Positions 13,379-26,704 of a stretch of DNA of 64,000 bases are shown here, in pieces. The notes beneath the pieces were generated by a model, which saw only the letters and a list, made by a program, of their open reading frames with translations, had not been told where the DNA came from and made no database searches. Numbering within the stretch: the stretch's first letter is position 1; each line of letters begins with the position of its first letter. This DNA comes from Octopus sinensis (taxonomy: Eukaryota), in contig NC_042997.1 in NCBI RefSeq assembly GCF_006345805.1, positions 146,816,001-146,880,000 of the forward strand. The letters are read 5' to 3'. The position numbers were made by a program, and so were the translations under genes.

Positions 13379-14673
13379 TATAGTCTCGAAATAATTGTAA
13401 ATGGATACACACATACACACATGCAGGAAGTAAATAGACACCTTTAATTTTCAAAATTTCTGATCTAATCGTTTTGCGTCTTAATATGTTTTCAGCGGTG
13501 TAGAATTTACACTGTAATTATTCTTTTTCATTCCAGGTGCCATTATATTAAACATTTGCAAAGAGTAACTATGCCACGCGCAAAAAATTCAGCAGAACTG
13601 TCAGATTTTCAAAGAGGTCATATTGTTGGGCAATCTGAGGCTGGTCTTAGCCAGCGAAAAATTCCCGAAAATCTTCAAATTCCTCTTGCTACTGTTAACA
13701 GAAATGTTGTGTAATTCAAAAACCAAGGAAAAGAATCAACAGATTCTCGTCCCGGCCGACCTGAGCCCTCGGAAAGGAAACTTCTCTGTTTGAGGAGAAG
13801 TATGGGAAACGAACCCCGTTCGAAGGCTTCTGACATGGCAAAACAGCTAGAAGTTAGTCCAAGAACGTGTGTTACATATCTGCATACGCTTGGGTATTAT
13901 GGTCGAGCAGCAAAGAAGAATACCTCTCCTTCAACCAATTAATATGAAAAGAAAGAAATGGGCTGAGATGTCAGAAAAATCCATTTCATTTTGGGATAGA
14001 ATGATTTTCTCAGATGAATCCAGATTTGCTTTATTTTCAGACAGTGGACGTGTTTGGGTTTGGAGGCTTCCCAATCAAAAATTTGGTTTGAAACGACTCC
14101 AACCAACTGTGAAAATGGCGGTATCTCTGTAATGGTATGGGGAGCTGTCACCAGCAATGGTCGTTCTGAGCTGATAGAATGTGTTGGAACCATAAACTCT
14201 AAAAAATACATCGAAATACTTCAACAAGGATTACTTCCAATGTATTCACACAATAACATAACGAAAATGAATTTTTATTCATGGGAGATGGGGCTCCATA
14301 CCACACAGCGAAAAGGAATCAACAATCACTGGCAAATTATATGAAATAAAGGTTGACTGAAAATGGGATCAAAAGGCTTCCTTAACCGAGCCAATCTCCT
14401 GACATTAACCCAATTGAAAATCTTTGGAGCATACTAGATAGACGTATACGAAAAACTCGACAGAAACCTAAATAAATTGTTTCGATTGTTGCGTGAAAAT
14501 GGGAAGAAATTCCACAAGGTGGCAATCACAAAGCTCATCAGTTCAATGCCAAAAAGACTTTCTGAATTAAAAACTGCAATGGGAATGTCAACTAAATACT
14601 AAAGTATGTAGTCCTACCAATCGATTACATTGCAATCGTTCGCTAAATAGGTTTGAATCATTTGAGCACTATA
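13379..14673 (+). mobile_element. Tc1-family transposon with decayed DD34E transposase
   Basis: ATG 13571 [20 protein letters not shown] (HTH), [29 protein letters not shown], with stops and frameshifts; weak TIRs TA-tagtctcgaaataatt / aatcatttgagcacta-TA. Confidence 0.85.
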
Positions 14674-14852
14674 ATCTTCTATACTGAGAATGTATGCATG
14701 TATGTATGCATGTATGTATGTATGTATGTATGTATGTATGTATGTATGTATGTATGTAGGTATATATGCATGTATGCATGCATATATGTATGTATGAATG
14801 TATGCATGCATGAATGTATGTATGTATGTATGTATGTATGTATGTATGTATG

Positions 14853-14883
<31 letters not shown>

Positions 14884-15041
14884 GAAAAGGCATAAATAAT
14901 GGGGTTGACATATTTCTTTATTTCTTCAGTGCGCAGACACCGACAATGATAGCTTTTAAGGTCGTTCAACTTTTTTCAATAGATCAAGATACCGATTGAG
15001 TAAATGGGACCATGAACCCACTTGTAATATATATATATATA

Positions 15042-15346
15042 TCACCGTGATCACCATGACCGACCAGGCTATCAGATGTTGCTACACATCGCTGGTCACA
15101 ATGCGCTTCGCATTGTTTTAGTTTTCAAATGACGCCACCCCGCTGGCTAAGCGAGCAGGCCAACAGAAGAAAGAGAGAGAGAGGAAGTTGTGGCGGAAGA
15201 GTACAGCAGGGATCGCCACCACCCCCTGCCGAGCATCGTGGAGCTTTAGGTGTTTTCGCTCAATAAACACTCACAACGCCCGGTCTGGGAATCGAAACCG
15301 CGATCCTACAACCGCGCGTCCGCTGCCCTAACCATTGCGCCTCCAC
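15042..15346 (-). mobile_element. SINE-E (tRNA head)
   Basis: Minus strand gtggaggcgcaatggttagggcag..ggtttcgattccc (A/B-box-like); 3' part repeated at 21981-22101. Confidence 0.75.
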
Positions 15347-15359
15347 ATATATATATAGT

Positions 15360-16360
15360 AAATATAAGAAAAAAACGAAGAACAAACACAAAAAATAACG
15401 CGAGGAGATGGTACGTGTAAAGTATTAGCAGGCGCTGAGGGAAGGAAAGGAGGGTGGTTTTACGTTTCGAGCAAAGCTCTTCTTCAAAAACAGGAGACAG
15501 AGGAAAGTTCAAAAGAAAAGGAAGACGGAGGGAAAAAGTCGCCAACGATTCACATGACCGGGAGGGAATGGGTGAAGAAAATGTTCTTTTTAAGATAGGA
15601 AAGTGTAAGAGAAGGTATTTGTGTATATGTACGTGCGCGCAAATCTGTGTGTGTGTATATTTGTATGTACGTGTGTGTGTGAACATGTGTGTATGTATGA
15701 GTGCGTGGGATTGTGTGGGGTTTGTGTGTATGGAGTTATATGTGCGTTCCTCTGTGTGTGTGTATGTGCGTATGCGTGTATGTGCGTGTGTGTATGCCCA
15801 TGTATGTGTAATTGTGTGCCTATATGTATGAGTGTGTGTTGTGTGGGGGAGATGTATATGTGCGCTCAGGTGCGTGTGTGTGCATGTGCGTGCGTGTGTG
15901 TGTATGTGCGTGTGTATAAGTGTGCGCTCTTGTGCGTGTATGCGCGTGCATGTGTGTGTGCATGTGTGTATGTGCCTGTGTTTGTGTTACGTGTGTGCGT
16001 GCGTGTGTGCGTGTGAATGCGCGTGTATGTATGTGTGTGCGCGCGCATCAATGTGTGTGTATGTGTGTGCACGTGTATGCGTGTGTGTGTTGCATGTGTG
16101 TGGTGTGAGTAGGAGGTATATGTGAGTTATATGTGCGTTCATGTGTGTGCGTATATACTGCGTGTGTACCGTTGGCGATTTTTTTCCTCTGTCTTCCCTT
16201 CTCTGGATCTTTCCTTCTCCTATGTTTCCGACGAAGAGCTCCGCTCGAAACGTTAAACCCTCCTTCTTTCCTTCTTTCCTGAGCGTCCAATAATACTATA
16301 TTTGTTCCACGTCCTCGCGTTGTTGTGTTTTTTGTGCTTTCTTGTTTGGATTAACTATAT
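15360..16360. repeat. Outward-facing pair of ~180-bp hammerhead repeats around a (GT)-rich spacer
   Basis: 15360-15548 (-) is homologous to 16170-16360 (+); motifs gttt-TTGAAGA-agagctttgctc-GAAACGTA-aaac (15457-15491) and gttt-CCGACGA-agagctccgctc-GAAACGTT-aaac (16224-16258); each has one core substitution. Confidence 0.7.
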
Positions 16361-16384
16361 ATATACTCTTTTTTTTCTTTTTTT

Positions 16385-16776
16385 TTTTTTACTTGTTTCA
16401 GTCATTTGACTGCGGCCATGCTGAAGCACCGCCTTTAGTCGAGCAACTCGATCCCGGGACTTATTCTTTGTAAGCCCAGTACTTATTCTATCGGTCTCTT
16501 TTGCCGAACCGCTAAGTGACGGGGACGTAAACACACCAGCATCGGTTGTCAGGCAATGCTAGGGGGACAAACACAGACACACAAACACACACACATATAT
16601 ATATATACATATATACGACAGGCTTCTTTCAGTTTCCGTCTACCAAATCCACTCACAAGGCATTGGTCGGCCCGGGGCTATAGCAGAAGACACTTGCCCA
16701 AGATGCCGCGCAGTGGGACTGAACCCGGAACCATGTGGCTGGTTAGCAAGCTGCTTACCACACAGCCACTCCTGTG
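16385..16776 (-). mobile_element. SINE-A, full length, CpG-rich
   Basis: Family consensus. Confidence 0.9.
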
Positions 16777-16788
16777 CATATATATACG

Positions 16789-16833
<45 letters not shown>

Positions 16834-16864
16834 TAATATATATATATATATACTTATGTGTGTG

Positions 16865-16904
<40 letters not shown>

Positions 16905-17033
16905 TATGTGTATATATATATATAATCAAATGAATAATAACAGACGATGGCTAATTGCCAGCTCATTACAGCTGACAATTATCCATCATCTGTTATTATT
17001 CATTCGATTATAATACACCATGGTGATTTACGA

Positions 17034-17650
17034 TACGTCGGGTACTCAAACCGTTCCCGGACTAGTACTGCATCGCCAACAGATGGCAGCACACAGTTGT
17101 ATGCGCAGTGAGAGTTAGCAATGGCCTTCATGAGGCAGGCTGCCGAGTGTCATCGCTGTTTACTTCGCAAATTATGAAAGTTGTGCTTTTATTATTACGT
17201 GTATGTTGCACTCTACGATTTTGTCATGGACAGGAATAAAAAGTCAACGTGAAATTTTACGTTATACTTAGAAAGTCTGCTAGAGAGTCATTGAGCATGC
17301 TTCGGCAGGCTTATGGCGGCGAGGTAATGGGTCGTATGCAATGTGTCGAGTGGCACAGGCATTTCAAAAGCAAAAGAACGTCTCCTGATGACGATGAGCG
17401 ATCTGGAAAACCTGCCACGAATGTGACCCCTGGAAATGTTGTATTGTGTATCGAGGATTTGTCCCCCAGGGCCAAACAGTCAATCGAGAGTTCTACTGCG
17501 ACGTTTTGAAGCGTTTGACGAAAGACATTCGGCGAAAGCGACCGGTTCTGTGGAGCACGAAGAATTTGATTTTTCAAGACAATACACCCAGTCACGGAGC
17601 TCTCCACACTCGTGAGTTTCTCGCCAAAAACAACATAGTATCGCTATTAT
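17034..17650 (+). mobile_element. Internally deleted mariner transposon
   Basis: TA-cgtcgggtactcaaaccgttcccggact TIR; KSARESLSMLRQAYG..EWHRHFKS..DDERSGKP joined to FVPQGQTVNREFYCDVLKRL..IRRKRP..QDNTPSH. Confidence 0.85.
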
Positions 17651-17849
17651 AATGGTAATACTACATGTACTTTTTATATTTTTTATATTGTCATGTAATC
17701 TTTGAACTAACAATGTTTACGGCTGAAGAGAGCTTTAAACCATCTTTTATATCAATAATACATTGATGTAATAACGGGTTGTTTATAAAGCTGGAAATTC
17801 TTTAATCTTTTTCAGCTTTACAGCTGCGGTCATGCTGGGGTACCGCCGT

Positions 17850-18096
17850 CCGCCTCCTCTGATATGTAGCATTTGGTGAATCAGGGAGTTTGATGCTGCT
17901 GCCGTGAGGTAGGCTCATCTGGAACTCCTGACAAGAGGAGATCCACATTATTTACATTCGACGGATATTTGTCCTCATCTTGTATATCAGCCGAAACGTT
18001 GTTTCGGCTGATATGCGCTCCAGCCTTCTTCGGGTGTCTTGGGGAAATTTCGAACCTGGGTTCTCATTCCTATGGTATTTTTCGATGTTGTTGTTG

Positions 18097-18154
<58 letters not shown>

Positions 18155-18380
18155 CATTGTTGGTGTTATCGTTGTTATTGTTGTTATTGTTCAGGTCACT
18201 GCTTGGAATCGAACTCGGAATCTTGGGGTTAGTAGCCCGCGCTCTTAACCACTACGCCATATGCCGGTGGGCATATGTAAATAATGTAAATAATGTAAAT
18301 TCCTCATCTCTTAAATGTAGAACTGTAAGAGGAGATCCAGTTTTGCTTTGATGAAACCTACATCCATATCATGCAGGACT
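17850..18380 (-). mobile_element. CR1-type 3' fragment interrupted by SINE-C
   Basis: 17850-17945 plus 18340-18380 match 13030-13150 (gaggtaggctcatc..ggagatcca..ctacatcca). Confidence 0.6.
17946..18326 (-). mobile_element. SINE-C insertion with inverted 3' tail and 13-bp TSD
   Basis: aagaggagatcca at 17933-17945 and 18327-18339; head tggcgtagtgg (A box) and gagttcgattcc (B box); hammerhead core CCGAAGA with a local inversion. Confidence 0.85.
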
Positions 18381-20559
18381 ATCAGGCATTTTGGAATACA
18401 TACATAAATACATACATACGCCTGACACGAACCTGCTCGAGGAAGTGGTCATGGAGATTTTGATATGAATTTGTCAGGGTCTGTTGAGGCACGGCTGCAG
18501 TTTGGTATGTGGCGAGTAAGAGCATGTCTGTCTGGGTGGAGCCGCCTTGGGGTTCGATGGGAGGCTGTTTACTTTGCATTCAGATGGCACACTCAAACAT
18601 AATATAACAGTTCACCAAAACAATATTATAACACCTATTGCAAGAGGTGCCCATCATTGCTACATCTGTACAAAGGAGTAAAAGTTTCTAGCAACGCTGT
18701 GCTTCTCGCGTTTAAGAGAACAATCAAGCGATTGCATTATTCGAAATTGGGTTGCAGCCATCACATCTATATAAAGGTGAGTGTATACAGTTATACCTGA
18801 TACGTTCGTGCACACATAAACGTGGAAAGCCCTTCGCTGCATATTGTGTCGCGGGAGAAAAGATTCTCCTTACATATTATGCACGATAAATCACACCACT
18901 GGGTTATGAATTGAATCACCGAACCGTTAACTCTGCATCAACTACGGACACCATTGTTAACATGCATTATCTATACTGAAAAATTCACTCCCGAAACAGT
19001 TTCCACAGCAAACATCTTTGAACATCTGTATGTTCACAAACGTGTTAAATATAACTAGACACCAATATCTCAATAATCGCAATTGCGCATGCTTCTAATC
19101 AATTAAGTCCAGCTGGTCAAGGCTTTGCATACATCAGAAAATTTATCAATAGCTGTTTAAATATAAGAAAGGTACACACCTGTATTTTAATCATCGCTAA
19201 TTTGTTTCCTTCTAATTTATATGAATAACTAGCATTATGACCCGTCGTTGCCGGGTCATAGTGCTAGTGCATGTATATATGTGTATATATATATGTGTAC
19301 ATATTACATGTACATCTATATATATACATCTACACTTAAAATACAAAATACAAAGTTATATCTTGATATCGCTAGTGATAACAATACTCAAAATATATAA
19401 CAGACTGGAATTGTAGGCCCGTCTCTTGCAATTTCGATCAATTGTATCTTGTCCTCCCTCTTGTATAGAAGTGTGGCTACAATCCAGCCTACCTCTACTT
19501 CTTGGGGGACATTTTTAATTTTAAAGGTAAAAATAAAATATTTCCACTTTGCAAGGTTCGAGTCGAGTACTCCCTTGCACGCTCCGTTGACTCGAACCTT
19601 GCTTCTATTGTGGCGAATTTACCGCCTCTAGTTAGATATCTTTCATAGTCGCACCAAGACACTTTTCGATGGTGCTTTCCTCCAGGTGTTCAAATCTTTT
19701 TTTTTTCTCTACATTGTATACTTTATAGACAATAGTCTTTTCTTTAATTTAATTTTTTATTTTGTTTGGTGGTGTTATCCTAGATTCACCGTCTTTGTCG
19801 GTGATCAATCCGTATTTCTTCCATTTTAATTTCAATGAGTTCGCGCCCACCGACGGCTGCAGCGAAATTCATTTTTGGACTTTCTTCTATCAAAGGTATT
19901 CTAACAAAAATGCTTCCGGGTAAACGGTGAAATATTGTTAATTTCCCCAAACAGGGACACAATTCAATTTTTTAAAAAATAACCAAAGCTCCTTCTCCCA
20001 AAGGGGGAGGGTTACAGTTTACAATTATTTAACAAATGCAACACAACAATGTTTCTTTTACGAGAAACCAACAAACGTGATAACAATAGTTAAACAGTAA
20101 TAATAATTACTTACGACAAACCTTACGATGAGTCAGAAATCAGTAAGCAGTTGAAGCTTTAGTCCTTTATGTATAAGAAATAAACCAACAGGAGCGGCTG
20201 TTCGAGAAAACATATATTACATACAGCCAAACTTCATATAGATACTTAATGCTAGCTAATTAGCAGATAATCTAATGTAAAAGTCGTGGTAAAGGGTATT
20301 GCACACCTCCATCTGGACTATTCCATTTCTGCACGCTAATTTTATTTCTAACTTATTCCCATTCATGTGAAACCACTTATTCAAGTTCAAGTCATTGATG
20401 CAATTTTATACAAATTGCTATTTTTACTTTTTTTATGTTACGATTATATTATACTTTAGTTTGATTTTAATTATTACTTACTACATATAATTCAATTGTT
20501 ATTATTATTTTTATTGTTAAAGTGAAAGCATCTAACATAAAATAGAGAAATGTTTTTGT

Positions 20560-20776
20560 TTCACTTTTAACACGTAATACTGAAATAGTGGAGAAGATAT
20601 GATATTGCTATGGGCTCGCTCTAGGCAAGAAGTTGAACATTTTTTGCCCATGAAACTACATGGACCCTAAGTAAGGCATGTGTAAAATTTGAATGAAATT
20701 GGTTGTGTAGTTCTCAAGTTTTAGGGAAACACACAGACAGACAGACACACATTCTCAGTTTTATATATAGAGAGAT
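20560..20776 (+). mobile_element. Helentron/HINE-like 3' end
   Basis: aaatttgaatgaaattgg..gtagtt..acagacagacagac..ttttatatatagagagat; the ACTAG hairpin at 19208-19248 may be the 5' end. Confidence 0.45.
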
Positions 20777-20904
20777 GTATGCGCGTGTGTGTGTATGTGT
20801 GCGTGTATGTATATATGTAGGTATATATGTATGTATTTTTATTCTAGTCGAGTCAATCTTTCCTTATTCTGAGTATCACCTTCATACATATTTAAAATTT
20901 TATA

Positions 20905-21535
20905 TATAACATATACTTTGATAGGGGCTGCAATTGCCCCGAACACCGAACCGAGAATTCGTTAGAATGACTGGCCAGTTTCAGCTCTTTCCGTAACCAC
21001 CTTCAGTAAGGCCAGCTTCTTCGGTTGATTCCGGACGAGCTCGCCTATCAGAGTATATGTATTCACCATAAAGATCTATGGATGATTTAGCAGATCACTA
21101 ATGTGTGTACAAAACAATTAATAAAAAACGCTATTGCAACGTTATACCGTAAAGGAAAATTATAGTCGTCAACTAAACCTGAGTAAGGGTGTGAATAACA
21201 CATACATTGCTAGAAATAAGAGCTAAAATGCTTCAATGCACATAACATATACAAAGCATTCGGCGTTCTAGCCCAGAATCAACCGAACTAGTTAGCCTTG
21301 CTGAAGATGGCTACGGAAAGAGACGAAACAGGCTGGTCAATCTAAGGAATTCTCAGTTCAGTGTTCAGGGGTTTGCAGCCCCTATCAAAGTATATGTTAT
21401 GTGCTTTGTAACAGCATTGGCGTATTTAGCTCCTATTTCTAGCAATGTAGGTGCTATTCACATCCTAAGTCAAGTTTAGTTGACGACTATAATTTTGCTT
21501 TACGGTATAACATTGCAAACAGCTGTTTTTATTAA
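20905..21535. repeat. Nested inverted/tandem repeat with two hammerhead-like motifs
   Basis: 20905-21040 vs 21258-21400 and 21118-21240 vs 21410-21535 are reverse complements; motifs at 20961-21011 (-; GAAACTGGCCAGTC, core CTGAAGG) and 21296-21347 (+; CTGAAGA..GAAAC..GTC); stem I is non-canonical. Confidence 0.65.
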
Positions 21536-21593
21536 GTGAAGCACGCACGCACACACGCACACACACACACACATACATACATACATACATACA

Positions 21594-21625
<32 letters not shown>

Positions 21626-21719
21626 CATCATACATACATATATACATACATACATATACATATATATATATATATATATATGCATATATATAATATATAT
21701 ATACGTTTAAATATACAAT

Positions 21720-21750
<31 letters not shown>

Positions 21751-21787
21751 GTGTGTGTGTATATATGTATATATATATGTATATATA

Positions 21788-21842
<55 letters not shown>

Positions 21843-21889
21843 ATATATTGTGTGTGTGTGTATATGTATATATTATGTATATATATATA

Positions 21890-21922
<33 letters not shown>

Positions 21923-22098
21923 TATAATCTATCTATATATATATATATCTATTATATAATATATATATATACATATATATATCACCGTAATCACCGTGAC
22001 CGACCAGCTATCAGATGTTGCCTACACATCGTTAGTCACAATGCGCTTCGCATTATTTTAGCCTTCAAATGACGCCACCCCGCTGGCTAAGCGAGCAG

Positions 22099-22137
<39 letters not shown>

Positions 22138-22431
22138 CCACACCACATGAAAAATGCATTAATTGCTAAAAAAAAACGTACACATAGAACAGACACAGAG
22201 GGACCCAAATTGTCCTACAGTTATTGGTACTTTTTGGTTATCTCACCCCATTAAAAAACCATTAAAAATTGGGTTACCTCTCCTCTAAAAAAATTGAGTT
22301 TGTGACGACAAGAGATTGGATTAAAAGTGTTAAATCCTTTTGATTCAGTACTTCAAGACACTGTTGACGTTTGGTCTCTTCAATGGTATGATTTGTTATA
22401 AAAAATGTTATTAGATTCAATAACTCTCTTT

Positions 22432-22779
22432 TACTCTTTTACTCTCTTTTACTTGTTTCAGTCATTTGACTGCGGCCATGCTGGAGCACCGCCTTTAATC
22501 GAGCAACTCGACCCCGGGACTTATTCTTTTGTAAGCCCAGTATTTATTCTATCGGTCTCTTTTGCCGAACCGCTAAGTAACGGGGACGTAAACACACCAG
22601 CATCGGTTGTCAAGCAATGCTAGGGGACAAACACAGACACAAACACGCATATATATATATATATACATATATACGACGGGCTTCTTTCAGTTTCCGGCTT
22701 TGGTCGGCCCGAGGCTATAGTAGAAGACACTTGCCCAAGGTGCCACGCAGTGGGACTGAACCCGGAACCATGTGGTTGG
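22432..22779 (-). mobile_element. SINE-A, 5' end truncated or interrupted
   Basis: Family consensus breaks at ccatgtggttgg. Confidence 0.85.
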
Positions 22780-23150
22780 ATGATTAACTTTTTTAATTTT
22801 CCTGTTTATTAATTTTTTCAGTTTTCATGTTTATTTGATTTTTTTTCAATTTTTTTCTGTTTTTGTTTTATTGAGGGTTAAAATGAGAATATCTGAAATA
22901 AACTCGACTGCTCTCACAAAGGAGAATACTAAAAATGAACCCGACCGCTCTCTAAAATTAAGTAAAAGGAAAAATAATCCAGAATCCTTGTTCGGTACCG
23001 GATCGATTCCAAAATCTAATCAGTTCGTGCCAGTCACGACGCCAAACATCCCTGAAAGTTTCATCCGAATCCAACAAGCGGTTTGAGATATCTTGTCCAA
23101 GACACACAAACACCACTGAAAACACTACCTCCCCCTTCGCTAAGGTGGAA

Positions 23151-23153
<3 letters not shown>
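22780..23153 (+). mobile_element. Helentron/HINE-like element ending in a GC hairpin plus (TAA)n
   Basis: ccaaaatctaatca..aaagtttcatccgaatcc..aaaacactacctcccccttcgctaaggtggaagta-ataat; architecture recalled from DINE/HINE-like repeats. Confidence 0.5.
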
Positions 23154-23217
<64 letters not shown>

Positions 23218-23252
23218 TGATGATGATTATAATAATAATAATAATAATAAAT

Positions 23253-23334
<82 letters not shown>

Positions 23335-23335
<1 letters not shown>

Positions 23336-24389
23336 GCAGCAAAAGATCGCATTCTATTGTCAACGAAGGTTGCAAATTCGCAACGGAACTTGGTATTAAT
23401 CCTGAAATGCATGAAGAACCAGAAACCACTGCCACAAAACAAGCAAAACGGCTCAAGCAGACTGCAAAAAGAAACGGACAAAAACAAATTGAGGAGCGGT
23501 GGATCCAGAAGCCTGTGCGTGGACAGTATATACTTTGAGGTCGAAATGCTGATGTAGACCAAGCAACAACTCATCAGTTGAAAGCAGAGACTGAAGGTTT
23601 CATATTGGCGGCACGAGATCAAAGCTTGCTTACAAAAATCTACCAGGATAACGTTCTTCAAAACGTGACTGACCCTAAATGCGAATTCTGTGACACATTT
23701 GACAAACAATAGACCATCTCGTCTTGGGATGTCCTGTGCTGACACCAAACGAATACAAAAATCGTCACGATCGAGTAGGTCAGTATTTAGATTGGAAAAT
23801 ATGTAAACACTACAAAATCAGCACTCGTGCTTACTGGTATGAACATCATCATGAGTCAGTCGTTGAAGGTAAAAATGCCACTATCCTCTGGGATTTTCCA
23901 GTCAACATTGACAGTACAATCCAGGCTAATCGAACAGACATAATTATTAAAGAAATGGAAGAAAATACTTGTAGACTATTGGATGTGAGTATGCCCACTG
24001 ATAAAAATATATCTGTAAAGAAATTTGACAAATTAAATTAATATAATGACCTGGTAACTGAAATACAAAAGAGTGGCCCCTCAAAGCGAGAACTCTTCCT
24101 GTTATTGTAGGTACCCTAGGTATGTCAGAAACATCTAGATAAGATCCCAGGAGAACCATGTCTCAGAGAAATCCAAAAGATTGTGCTGAACAGTGCTGCC
24201 CACATCCTAAGAAAAGCCCTATACATTTAAATGTCTGTGGTGTATTACATAAAGATATTTCGCTACTGCCCCTGCCACTTCCCCTCCCTAAGCTTTCAGT
24301 CATACTATAACATCTCTTATCCTTCACTCGCCCCTGGACGCTATGTGTGTCTCGGTAAGTAACTGTAACAAACATGCAGATTAAAAGTA

Positions 24390-24390
<1 letters not shown>
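23335..24390 (+). mobile_element. 5'-truncated Dong/R4-clade non-LTR retrotransposon (RLE type) in (TAA)n
   Basis: LKAETEGFILAARDQSL, CEFC..IDHLVLGC zinc knuckle, RHDRVGQYLDW, ILWDFPV..IQANRTDII..LLDVSMP..K; both flanks are (TAA)n, the established Dong target. Confidence 0.85.
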
Positions 24391-24435
<45 letters not shown>

Positions 24436-24511
24436 TAATAATAATAACAATAATAATAACAATAATAATAATAATAATGATAATGATAATAATAATAATA
24501 ATACAATAATA

Positions 24512-24557
<46 letters not shown>

Positions 24558-26704
24558 TGAGGTGCTAAGGAAAAACCAAGTGATCATTTCAGCAATACTT
24601 CTTGCAGGAACTGGCTAGCAAAGTGTTCGAATGTTAGGTGTCTTTACCATATCTTTTGATCGATGCGTACCTTGTATGTGAAACTGAGTTTACGGAAACT
24701 GCGTGGAAGACTGTCGGATAGATTGGATTATTGTAATTCATTGAACAGAACTTGTCTCGCTGATTCTGTCTGAGATTTATGCTAAGGATACATGAGTCTG
24801 TTAAATACTGTGCTTCTTACATTCGAATTCAATAAGGCCAATAGTTTAGTTGATCGAATAACTTAAGACTCATGGTCGTAAATTCGGACCGAAGTCCATT
24901 TAAATAGAATATCTGTAGTGGGAATATATATTCAGTACCAGATGTTGATGTGGCTGCGAGTATATCATTACAAGAATTCATATAGAGATGAAGAATAAAT
25001 TCAAGAACTATATATTTACTACATAAAAATATATTTTATTTACTGGTCGATGATGATACATAATCAAGTGTAGAATCTAGTTGAATGAAGTAACCTATGC
25101 AAAAATGTTCAGAGATAGGAAATATGGAAATAACAGCTAAGTGGTGGCTTTCAGTCAGATGGACATAACAATGACGCGAATGGCTCTAAGTCTAAAGTCT
25201 AATCGACTAAGAAGCGAAGAGCAGAGTTAGCAAGCTGTTTTTATTAATGGAACGCTAGACATTCTAGAAACTTCCAAGAGAAACTCTAAGCTTTTTGAAT
25301 GATTACGAGTCATGTCTCATGACACAGATGCTTCGAGAAACTTAGTAAAGGGAGGTTACTCTATAATCTTTCTTACAGGGAAGACCATTTAACTATCTAG
25401 CTACCGCTACATATCTAATAAAAAAAATCTCCCGTCAGTAAATGCAATGTTTCAGTTTCACAGCTCATTGTGGGAAAATATTTTAAGCGTACTAACGCTA
25501 TATATAACAATCGGAAAAAGACAAAACACTTGGGGCAAGGTGAAACGAAGTCTTTTTGTCCTAAACCGAATGCAAGAAAAATGTATATATAGTGACAATG
25601 AAGAATGAATTAAACCACCAAGGACACGTTGTGTCGTCTCTTTGTGTCGCTTCTACTGGTACTATAAAATCATTTACTTCTCTGAACTGTTTGCATATAA
25701 CCTTGCATGCCGCCTCCAGCCGATCCTTGCGGACGTAACACACGCGTCACCTCCACTGCGTCGCATCTCCCCGGTTTCATACTAACAGTCTTTTCAATCC
25801 TTGCTGCCCAGACCATCAAAATACTGGAATTCCATTTGCGTCCATGCTTTCCCCTCTCAGACGCTGAATTACAGATATTGAAGTGAAACATTAATCCTAT
25901 CACAACATTTTAAAAACAAACTTTGGAGCGTCGAATGTATCTGACATTTTACAGACAAAGAAGTAAATTTCGAGCACAGTATAGCTGTGAAAACTTCAGA
26001 AAGATTGGGTATTTACCCTTATAAGACGTTTAGTTTTATGATAACGGGCCGTTTTGCTTAATGGTAGAGAACTAAGCTGGTATCTGAGCGGCACAGGTTC
26101 GACTCTCGTAGCCACTTGCTGGCAACTTTTTCCATCTTATAATCTTTCTGTTGTTTTCACAGCTATTCTACGCTCAAAATTTACCTTCTTGTCCGTAAAA
26201 TTTATCATATCAATTTCACCAGTCCCAAAAATATCTACCAAGAACATAGACACTGCCCACTTCTCTAAATAAAGCTATAAAGATTGTATGAATGTGAATC
26301 GTATGTGAATCCAAGGATTGTACGCATGTGAATCCAAAGAGAAAGTTTCAACGTGGTGAAGTCTTACTCCTAGTAAAAGACACCCAACCATCTTTAACAA
26401 AAACACATTGAGGTATTCTGGAGAAATCAGGCTAATCATGGCTGGAACTCCTGATCACATTCACATCTGGGCCAAGTGACAACCATAATATATTGTATTT
26501 TTACTTCAATCATAAACCGATCCTTAAATGTCAATCTCAATCTAATTTAATTGCTGAAGCTAAAAATCAAAAGAAGAGTTAAGCAAGTCTCATTCATTAG
26601 CTTAAGAAAAGTGAAAGAAATTAACCCCTCTTAGAGGGTGCCAGTGTATAAAGAAGCAGTATGAAACGATCGATCGAAAGTGCACGCAATTTAGATATTG
26701 ATCC

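Noticed and set aside
16921-17010. Short hairpins (also 19551-19610 and 44834-44895) as miRNA precursors
   Set aside because: Sequence alone cannot distinguish them from the many transposon fold-backs here.
18180-18270. tRNA gene
   Set aside because: A/B boxes are present but it continues into the SINE-C body and lacks a full cloverleaf acceptor stem.
25560-25903. GC-richer block with two short ORFs
   Set aside because: No recognisable domain or consistent splice pair.
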